Shown here: one piece after another, positions 57,950 to 64,000 of the stretch | How positions within the stretch are numbered: the stretch's first letter is position 1 | Layout of the letters: each line of letters opens with the position of its first letter | Assembly: GCA_965209035.1 (NCBI GenBank) | Contig: CBDBPY010000001.1 | Span: forward strand, 1 to 64,000 | DNA: 64,000 bases | DNA from: Gammaproteobacteria bacterium | Lineage (GTDB): Bacteria > Pseudomonadota > Gammaproteobacteria > CBDBNL01 > JAAOII01 | Reading direction: 5' to 3' | Notes under the pieces: generated by a model | Database searches by the model: none | What the model saw: only the letters and a program-made list of their open reading frames with translations | What the model was told of the DNA's origin: nothing | Position numbers and translations under genes: made by a program

Positions 57950-59325
57950 CGATTCCCGCACTCTTGGAGTGTTTTGATATTTTTGGAGTGTCCGCGCTTT
58001 AACGCTTCGGTTTCCGTAATACCAAGCAAACCCGCAACCCTTGAAGCGTTTTTGTGCTCCAATTTGACATGTCTAAAGTTCCATCTCGCAAGGACGGGAG
58101 ACAAGTGGCCGTATTTCGAGATCTTATATGTGCGAATCTCTATATCATCGTAGTCGCGGCGAATCAACATATTAAATAAATTGTGGAAGCGGTCTCCACG
58201 CTTTATCGCCGAAATCTCCCAAGCCGCTGATTCGCGGTTATTCCTGCCGCCATAGCAACAGCCGCAATCATAGACAAGTTCGACTTCAAATCCGGCTTCT
58301 TTCGCCGCGTTGGTGATGAAGTCAATGACTTCGTCGGGTTTGGTGGCGGCGGCAAGCGGCGCAACCGCCAGCAACGCGGCAACGCTGTCAATCCCAAATC
58401 CCGCGACGATGAAGCCGATTACGCCCGCCGCGACCGACAGCAATGCGGCGACGGCGATGCCGATGAAGCCGTGTGGGGCGCGGCTGGCGCGGAAAAGTTG
58501 GGCCGCTGGCGAAACCCATGCGTAATCTTCGGAAACGCCCCACCAGCCGCCATAATCATCTCGCGATTCTTTCCTCTCCACATAAAAGGAAATCATCTCG
58601 TCGCGGGCATTGTCAGGGCTACCCCAACAAGCAATTTTCGCGCCGATTTTTCGCGCCGCCACATCATTCCAAGCGCGGAACAAAATGCCGTGATTCGCTT
58701 TCCCAACCGAAACTCGATAGAGCGAATACTTTGCCGCGATAGACGGTTGCGACGGGCAATACCCTTTGTTGACATGCCAACCCTCTATCGGGCGATACAT
58801 CGGAAGCGGTGCCCGCTTGCCTGCTTTTGCCAGTGCAGCAGGCGCGACTGCCGCCAGCGCGAACGACGCCAGATCGATCGCCAAATCGATGACGAACGCG
58901 CCCGCCACCAGCACACAACCGATCGCCGCGCACATCAGCGCGAGCGCAACAAAATCGACATTCCCGCGTTGCGCGGCGCGCTCGACGGTCTCCGCTTTGG
59001 GCGGGGTTTCCGACGACCGCGAGGGCGCGTCGTAGTCGCCGGCATCTCCAAGTTTTTGTTCCTGATTGAACAGATACGCAGAGTCGACAATCTTCGGCAA
59101 ATCGCCGTGAAGCGTCACCAATTGTTTCTCCAAAGACGAATAACGGCGATCGCCGGCTCTAATGCCGCGCATACGATAGAACACAGCGCAGTCACGGACA
59201 GCGTGAAGAATAATGGCAATGCGCCGCTTGTGCGCAACAATCTGGCGATTGTTGATCTTGCCGATATTGGCAAGGGGATATTCGCGGGCGGTGCGGCCTT
59301 GCCGCGTGTTGCTTTGATTTTCCAT
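57946..59325 (-). CDS. Modular hypothetical protein with two internal hydrophobic modules (leader gene H)
   Basis: MENQS... start; soluble domains separated by two related hydrophobic hairpins. Confidence 0.7.
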   Translation of the reverse strand: MENQSNTRQGRTAREYPLANIGKINNRQIVAHKRRIAIILHAVRDCAVFYRMRGIRAGDRRYSSLEKQLVTLHGDLPKIVDSAYLFNQEQKLGDAGDYDAPSRSSETPPKAETVERAAQRGNVDFVALALMCAAIGCVLVAGAFVIDLAIDLASFALAAVAPAALAKAGKRAPLPMYRPIEGWHVNKGYCPSQPSIAAKYSLYRVSVGKANHGILFRAWNDVAARKIGAKIACWGSPDNARDEMISFYVERKESRDDYGGWWGVSEDYAWVSPAAQLFRASRAPHGFIGIAVAALLSVAAGVIGFIVAGFGIDSVAALLAVAPLAAATKPDEVIDFITNAAKEAGFEVELVYDCGCCYGGRNNRESAAWEISAIKRGDRFHNLFNMLIRRDYDDIEIRTYKISKYGHLSPVLARWNFRHVKLEHKNASRVAGLLGITETEALKRGHSKNIKTLQECGNR

Positions 59326-59461
59326 TTTTGCTTTCCAGTTGTTTTGGATTTGTCCTCCCGATTTTCCAGTTTCGGGATTCGACATTTTCATTATACTCGC
59401 ACCAAAACAAAAAGTCAAATCGAAAAAAACCGCCGAATCCTATAGCAAAAATCGGCGGGTT
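59323..59461 (-). promoter_or_regulatory. Terminator, promoter and ACUGGAA hairpin leader (copy H)
   Basis: CCGCCGA..TCGGCGG-TTTTTTT; TTGACT-17-TATAAT; hairpin 59351-59384. Confidence 0.72.
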
Positions 59462-59568
59462 GAAAAGAATGCCGGAATCTCACCGGCTACGAATTTTCGG
59501 GCTGGAAATCCCACGGCCTCGTTGCCGCTCGGAGCGCGCGCTCCAGTGCTTACTACTCCTTTTTCGTC

Positions 59569-59604
59569 GTTTCAATCCACCCCCGCCCTGCGGCGAGGAA
59601 AAAC
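59569..59604 (-). CRISPR. Solitary CRISPR repeat-like unit, type I-C-like
   Basis: GTTTTTCCTCGCCGCAGGGCGGGGGTGGATTGAAAC: 8-bp hairpin followed by the 11-nt TGGATTGAAAC handle typical of I-C repeats; intergenic. Confidence 0.7.
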
Positions 59605-59713
59605 GCGCCAAAACATTAATCACGCCGCCGAAAAAACATAATCGATAAAATCGAATGCGAGATCGAAAGCGAAAGCGAAAGCCGCCAGAGTCAAGCGCGG
59701 CTTGTTTCGCTTG

Positions 59714-59926
59714 TCATTTTTCGGTATCCGATTCGGTATCCGATTCGGGTTTTTTAGGGGCGATGAAAATAAGGGTATAAACAACCCCCGCTCCCACCAG
59801 CGCAACGCTACCTGATACAACCAGAGCAAACGCAAAAAGGTCGGCGGATAGCCGCCTTAAACCATCCAAAGCAACAGACCCCGCGATTACCGCAAAGAAT
59901 CCGATTCCTGATCTTGATATTTTCAT
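59714..59926 (-). CDS. Small membrane protein
   Basis: Two hydrophobic segments; ATGA coupling. Confidence 0.55.
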   Translation of the reverse strand: MKISRSGIGFFAVIAGSVALDGLRRLSADLFAFALVVSGSVALVGAGVVYTLIFIAPKKPESDTESDTEK

Positions 59927-60096
59927 CGCGCACCCCCGACAAAATCAGGGCATAGCGACGGCGGCGGGCTTGCAACGCGGCAGAATTTGTCGACGGCGAG
60001 CGAGTCAAGCCACGATACAAGAGCGAATGCGAAAAATATCGCAAGCACGGCGCAACAAAGCGCGACCGCGATCGATTCTTTTTTCGTCCGCTTCAT
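59923..60096 (-). CDS. Small single-TM protein
   Basis: MKRTKKESIAVALCCAVLAIFFAFALV; ATGA coupling. Confidence 0.55.
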   Translation of the reverse strand: MKRTKKESIAVALCCAVLAIFFAFALVSWLDSLAVDKFCRVASPPPSLCPDFVGGAR

Positions 60097-60281
60097 CTCG
60101 GCAACCCCTCGCCAGCAAAAACGCGGCAAATGCTTCCACGATGATCGACAAACCAAGATTTGGGAGCAGGGCGCGGCGGGTTTCGCGCGTCATCGATCAA
60201 CGCCTTAAACGATGTCATCGCTTCGCCGATTGTCTCGTCGGCATCTACCGATTCGGGTTTTGTGTTGGGGTTTTTTTCCAT
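60093..60281 (-). CDS. Small hypothetical protein (repeated-leader gene D)
   Basis: MEKNPN... behind the conserved leader. Confidence 0.6.
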   Translation of the reverse strand: MEKNPNTKPESVDADETIGEAMTSFKALIDDARNPPRPAPKSWFVDHRGSICRVFAGEGLPR

Positions 60282-60365
60282 TTTGATTTTCCTCATTTTT
60301 GGATTTTTCGACGATCGGAATATCGCCGTTATTGAGATTTTACACCCAAAAAAAAGACAAGTCAA
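60279..60365 (-). promoter_or_regulatory. Promoter, hairpin and conserved RBS leader (copy D)
   Basis: TTGACT-17-TAAAAT, hairpin CGGCGAT/ATCGTCG, AAATCCAAAAATGAGGAAAATCAAAATGG. Confidence 0.78.
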
Positions 60366-60403
60366 GCCCCCTCTTACACCATTCCTCGTGATATAATAAA
60401 TGC

Positions 60404-60528
60404 ATTGTCGTAAGGCCGATAAAGCGGTGAATTTCCATTTCATCTCCTCTCGGTGGATTAATTGATTCGGGGCGGTTTTCTTGCGATAACCCGATTAAAA
60501 AGAGACGGCTTCGGCCGTCTCTTTTTTT
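60404..60528 (+). ncRNA. Candidate ~125-nt small RNA with anti-SD loop
   Basis: Plus-strand GTGATATAAT at 60388-60397; terminator GAGACGGC-TTCG-GCCGTCTC-T7 at 60502-60528; folds with closing stem TTGTCGTAAGG/TCTTGCGATAA. Confidence 0.65.
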
Positions 60529-60542
60529 GATCCGCGCGGCGG

Positions 60543-60821
60543 TCATCGTTTCGGCGCGCGCGGTCGTTTTTTGGCGGCTCGCTCGCGCGGCATAAACACT
60601 ATGCGCCATTCGTCGCCGACACGCTCGCATTCGACGAAAATATCCACCTTAAACCCCAACTTTTTCGCCGCCGCTTTAAGTAATCCATCGCAACCTTTCA
60701 GCATACTGACAAAATCGCTCGCTATTATGCCGCCGTCGGCGCGCCCGCTTTTGAAAACAAGCACCATTTTTTCGCCTTCCTGTAAGCAGGCGGCGGCTTC
60801 GCGGGGGGTCGGTAAACTCAT
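60543..60821 (-). CDS. Hypothetical protein
   Basis: ATGA-coupled ORF. Confidence 0.55.
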   Translation of the reverse strand: MSLPTPREAAACLQEGEKMVLVFKSGRADGGIIASDFVSMLKGCDGLLKAAAKKLGFKVDIFVECERVGDEWRIVFMPRERAAKKRPRAPKR

Positions 60822-61036
60822 CGATCACCCTTGCGGATTTTGTCGGAATTGATGAGGACTTTTAACGGCAGAATCGCGGCATCGATCCGCTGAACGGCGA
60901 TAGCGTCGCCTTTTTTGTCGGCGCTCCTGCGCTCGAATTTCATCGCGTCCAGCGCCGCGACCAACTTATTGGCGGTTATTTGGTCGAGAGTGTGAATCCT
61001 TTTTATTTCAAAAATGGTCGGGGTTGTGGCTTTCAT
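60818..61036 (-). CDS. Hypothetical protein
   Basis: TGATG-coupled ORF. Confidence 0.55.
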   Translation of the reverse strand: MKATTPTIFEIKRIHTLDQITANKLVAALDAMKFERRSADKKGDAIAVQRIDAAILPLKVLINSDKIRKGDR

Positions 61037-61242
61037 CAGCCAAACGCCCATACCGCGAGTGCGGCAACGGCAATTCCCAATGCAAGAAGAGACGAGTTAA
61101 ATATAACTCCTACTATCCCGCAAAGTTTTTCCAGATCCGGAATGATTTTTTCATTCCGATATCTCAAAAGATGACAAGCAACGATGAGAGAAGTAATCAT
61201 CGAGCCGATTAAAAGCCCGATGAAGAAAATCAAACCGCTCAC
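61036..61242 (-). CDS. Small two-TM membrane protein
   Basis: Two hydrophobic helices; GTGA coupling. Confidence 0.55.
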   Translation of the reverse strand: MSGLIFFIGLLIGSMITSLIVACHLLRYRNEKIIPDLEKLCGIVGVIFNSSLLALGIAVAALAVWAFG

Positions 61243-61676
61243 TCTTGCCCCTCGATTTGCGCCGACGATCCCACGACAGAGTTATACGCCGCGTCGTGCC
61301 GATCGCCCGCCGTCGCCTTGCGGATAACTTCCTTTGGAAAAATTTCGATGAAAAAACTTCCGCCGATAACACCCCGACAAAATATATCCGGAGACAACTC
61401 TCCATTATCTCTAATTGCGCTGACGGTCATCAGCGGGCCGCCCGACTTCAGGCAGACAACATCGCCCGCCTTAAATTTGTCGGCTTGTGATAACACAAAA
61501 CGATCGCCCACTTTGAGCGGACACTTGCACCAAATATATCCAACGCCGCCGCCAAGATTTTTCGCATTTGGCGCGGGATAAACGGCAGAGTCGTATTCGG
61601 CGACGAGTTCTTGAATGTAGAGGATTTTTCCTTCTACATCGTGATAGGCCAAATAGCCGTTAGGGTTGCTTTCCAT
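61239..61676 (-). CDS. YodC/DUF2158-domain protein (repeated-leader gene E)
   Basis: FKAGDVVCLKSGGPLMTV. Confidence 0.7.
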   Translation of the reverse strand: MESNPNGYLAYHDVEGKILYIQELVAEYDSAVYPAPNAKNLGGGVGYIWCKCPLKVGDRFVLSQADKFKAGDVVCLKSGGPLMTVSAIRDNGELSPDIFCRGVIGGSFFIEIFPKEVIRKATAGDRHDAAYNSVVGSSAQIEGQE

Positions 61677-61760
61677 TTTGATTTTTCCTCGTTTTGGATT
61701 TTTGGAGATCCAGCGCCTCCATTTATTTTCGATTATACGCTCTTTTCGTCCGTTTTTCGA
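61674..61760 (-). promoter_or_regulatory. Promoter, hairpin and conserved RBS leader (copy E)
   Basis: TCGAAA-17-TATAAT, hairpin TGGAGG/TCTCCA, AAATCCAAAACGAGGAAAAATCAAAATGG. Confidence 0.72.
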
Positions 61761-62116
61761 GTCCGCGATTTCGGGTCGCGCGGCGGGATTTTATCGAGGA
61801 TTGATTCCAAAATCGCCTCCATTTTTTTGATTTCTTTCTTGACTTCCTCGATCTCTTCGTGCGCCGATTTTGTGGAATCTCGCAATTTCTTGATTACGCC
61901 GTTCGCTCCTCTAAGCCAAGGCAACATAAATACAAGCCGCCAGCCCTGCGACAACGAAAACCCAACGCCCCAAACTATCGCCAGCGCGACGGCGATTGCG
62001 AGAATCGCCCGCAACGCCGGAAACGGCGAAAGGACGGCAAATAAATCCTCGAACGCCATAATAAGGCGGTCGATAATATCCAAAGCAAATTGCTCGTTCG
62101 GCGTTTCGTCTCTCAC
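61733..62116 (-). CDS. Membrane protein with coiled-coil C-terminus (holin-like candidate)
   Basis: TM segment followed by a charged coiled coil. Confidence 0.55.
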   Translation of the reverse strand: MRDETPNEQFALDIIDRLIMAFEDLFAVLSPFPALRAILAIAVALAIVWGVGFSLSQGWRLVFMLPWLRGANGVIKKLRDSTKSAHEEIEEVKKEIKKMEAILESILDKIPPRDPKSRTRKTDEKSV

Positions 62117-62264
62117 AGCCAATCCCCTGCTTCATCGCGGCGGCGATTTCTGATCGATTCCTCCAATCCCAAATCCAGCGCGTCGCCTTGCGGATAGCGT
62201 TCTGGAATAAAGAGCTTGCGCGGCTTGCAGTCCCTTTTTTGTAGCCAATGGCGGTGCGCTCTAT

Positions 62265-62312
62265 CCGCTTCGCTTTCCGCTTCGCTTTCCGCTTCGCTTT
62301 CCGCTTCGCTTT
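62265..62312. repeat. Tandem repeat (CCGCTTCGCTTT)x4
   Basis: Four exact 12-bp copies abutting the mini-array. Confidence 0.95.
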
Positions 62313-62410
62313 GTAATAAACCTGCGCCTGCCCGCAATCCACAACTATATCGTCGGCGGAGCGGTGCGATGAGAGATTTTAATAAACCTGTGCCTGCCGC
62401 AATCCACAAC
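62310..62410 (-). CRISPR. Mini CRISPR array, type II-C-like: repeat(35)-spacer(30)-repeat(36)
   Basis: GTTGTGGATTGCGGCAGGCACAGGTTTATTAAAAT (62376-62410), spacer 62346-62375, GTTGTGGATTGCGGGCAGGCGCAGGTTTATTACAAA (62310-62345). Confidence 0.75.
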
Positions 62411-62422
62411 TGTTGCATCGTT

Positions 62423-62527
62423 TTATCGCCCGAAAACCTTTTTGATTTTGTCGATTGCGTTCGCCCACAAAATGACAATCGCCAACAAGAGCGTGCCGAA
62501 AACCCCTTTGACGGATTGCAGGTTCAC
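62423..62527 (-). CDS. 34-aa single-TM peptide
   Basis: GTGA-coupled to the Tad1-like gene; VFGTLLLAIVILWANA. Confidence 0.45.
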   Translation of the reverse strand: MNLQSVKGVFGTLLLAIVILWANAIDKIKKVFGR

Positions 62528-63018
62528 CGCTCCAACTTGCCTTCCACGCCGCGCTTTACGCGGTCGCGGCGGCGGCTCGCAAGGGCTTCGATTGCTTCCT
62601 TTGCCTTTTCGATCGCAAGCGCGTTTTCGTCGCAAGCGAATTTTCCGTCTTGGAAAATTTTAACCGGCGCAATAGCGGCGGCGATAAGGGCTTCGGGCGT
62701 TATGCCGTTGAGTTGCGGGTCTTTGTCGGGCGTGATATTGCCTTGCCGCGCGACAACTCGATCGAGCAGGTCGATGGTGAATTTTTGGATTTTGACAATA
62801 TCGTCGCGCGACGAATTTGAGGGGTTATTCGCAATGAAGGCAAGGGCATCAGCATCCGAAAGATACGCCTTGTCTGGCGGCAAAATGAAAAAATCGATTT
62901 TGTCGCCGCCGGGTTCTCCTTCGGCAACAGCCGAATAAAATCCGATAATCCGCGCGTTGGCGGGGGAGACGGCGCGATGGTCGCTGATTATGGAGAGGTG
63001 GAGAGGGAGGTTTGCCAT
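62524..63018 (-). CDS. Tad1/Acb2-family anti-defence sponge-like protein
   Basis: GEPGG...NGITPEALI...FQDGKFACDENALA....EA...L..RR.DR..RGVEG matches the Tad1 helical hairpin (FQAGPF..RENA.AL..EEA..W..RR..DR..R.V.G). Confidence 0.75.
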   Translation of the reverse strand: MANLPLHLSIISDHRAVSPANARIIGFYSAVAEGEPGGDKIDFFILPPDKAYLSDADALAFIANNPSNSSRDDIVKIQKFTIDLLDRVVARQGNITPDKDPQLNGITPEALIAAAIAPVKIFQDGKFACDENALAIEKAKEAIEALASRRRDRVKRGVEGKLER

Positions 63019-63036
63019 TTTTGACTCCTGTGTTGT

Positions 63037-64000
63037 TTATTCGCTCGGCGGGATTTCGTCGGCGGGCGCTTCGGCGGGCGCTTCGGCGGCTTCCAATCGC
63101 AAGACGAGTCCGTTCGCTCCTTGCGAGGGCGTAATGTCGGCTGTGCCAGGGGCTATGGTAGCGGCGGCGATTCGCGCGATCTCGGAATTGTCGCCCGCGT
63201 CGAGAATCACAGCGATTTGCGCCGTGTGATTCTCGATTCGAATCCAAGTCGCGCCGCCTGCGCCGACGGGCGAGGCGATGGAAACGCCGCGCTCGAAACT
63301 TGGCGCGCACAGGTGGGCTTCGGAATGGATATCGCCGCTCGCGTCGATGGCGAAAATGTCGGCTGGAATGCCGAAAGAATTGGAATCTTCGGCGACGGTG
63401 ATAGTCGCGCCGCCGCTTTTTGCGATGACATTGATTCCAACTGCGGCATCAAGCGCCCACGCTTCGGCGGCGGCTTCGGCGGCTCCGGTCTGGTCGGCGA
63501 AAGTATCGTATTCGCTGTAATTCGTTCGGGAACGCTCGCGGCGAATGACTCCAAGAACATACTCCGCGCTCCCTGTGGCGGCTTTGATTGCGGTAATCAG
63601 CGGCGCAATGTCGGATTCGCAAATGGCGCGCGCTTTGTGTCCGGCGTGAGTCCGCTCGGCAATAGCGAGGATTCGATCGGCGACGAAAGGGGTGAAACGG
63701 AATAAATCCGAACTGGCGGGGAGATTGTGATTTACTCCCACATTGTCGATTGCGGCGATGAGCGCGAGCATAATGCGGGCGTGAAACGCGCTGTGCTTGG
63801 CGTTGCTGTTCTCCCGCGCGGCGCGATGTTCTTCGCTCCCGCCGTGCGCCAAACGCGCGAGGATTCCTGCGCGCCGTGCGCTTCCGATTCGGGCGTTTTC
63901 GTCCGCGTCGGTTCGTGCGAAAAGATGACGCTCGATTTTGGATTGCGACAATCGCGGAACGATTTGGCCTGTCGGCAAGCCCGCTTCGTCGAAAGTCAAG
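63037..64000 (-). CDS. C-terminal part of a large virion/tail-fibre-like protein entering from the right edge
   Basis: Frame is open to the window edge; Ala-rich, with codon usage like the 1-3527 ORF. Confidence 0.6.
   Translation of the reverse strand, partial: LTFDEAGLPTGQIVPRLSQSKIERHLFARTDADENARIGSARRAGILARLAHGGSEEHRAARENSNAKHSAFHARIMLALIAAIDNVGVNHNLPASSDLFRFTPFVADRILAIAERTHAGHKARAICESDIAPLITAIKAATGSAEYVLGVIRRERSRTNYSEYDTFADQTGAAEAAAEAWALDAAVGINVIAKSGGATITVAEDSNSFGIPADIFAIDASGDIHSEAHLCAPSFERGVSIASPVGAGGATWIRIENHTAQIAVILDAGDNSEIARIAAATIAPGTADITPSQGANGLVLRLEAAEAPAEAPADEIPPSE

Noticed and set aside
60404-60528. sRNA as tracrRNA for the mini-array
   Set aside because: It contains no anti-repeat complementary to GTTGTGGATTGCGG.
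61732-61749. Partial match of the I-C pseudo-spacer (GACGAAAA) to promoter E
   Set aside because: Only 8 contiguous nt match and the adjacent triplet is ACG, not a TTC PAM.
9482-61760. Repeated leaders as a dispersed CRISPR array or att sites
   Set aside because: They are not regularly spaced, always end in a start codon, and no recombinase of the integrase type was found.
61911-62478. ORFs 62113-62478 and 61911-62342 crossing the mini-array
   Set aside because: They are made largely of repeat translations (AESE/KAKR), and the two repeat copies differ by a 1-nt indel, which argues against coding.
126-63705. Numerous long plus-strand ORFs in the ORF track
   Set aside because: They are antisense shadows of the G-rich minus-strand genes, Pro/Arg/Ser-rich, with no motifs or RBS.
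1-64000. tRNA genes or an alternative genetic code
   Set aside because: No T-loop/cloverleaf tRNA was recognised by eye, and genes tile densely under code 11 using all three stop codons.

Overview
Nearly the whole window is a tailed-phage genome of podovirus type (P22-like portal, DUF4043/N4-gp56-type capsid, 933W-like adaptor and nozzle, ejection proteins), with essentially every gene on the minus strand. It may be close to a complete circular genome, because one long tail-fibre-like frame leaves the left edge and another enters at the right edge in a compatible frame. Recognisable genes: TerL, portal, MCP, tail and ejection proteins, a 4.2-kaa polyvalent DarB-like protein (MTase, Strawberry-notch helicase, metallopeptidase, ART), RecT and a YqaJ-Gp157 fusion, two DNA MTases, HNH nucleases, a DUF5675/DUF1353 lysis-type cassette, a Tad1/Acb2-like sponge and an RNA-polymerase omega homologue. 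No integrase, repressor, DNA polymerase or cas gene was recognised. The most striking signals are non-coding: (1) a Cas-less type II-C-like mini CRISPR array (35/36-nt repeats, 30-nt spacer) whose spacer is antisense to codons for Y-I-V-G-G-A-V-R, the CCA-adding-enzyme signature; (2) a solitary type I-C-like repeat; (3) the only plus-strand transcript candidate, a ~125-nt RNA with an anti-Shine-Dalgarno loop that is complementary to a leader repeated before six dispersed genes; (4) a covarying ACUGGAA-loop hairpin family; (5) several attenuator or pseudoknot leaders; and (6) many apparently leaderless genes. All family assignments come from motif recognition by eye; no database searches were run.
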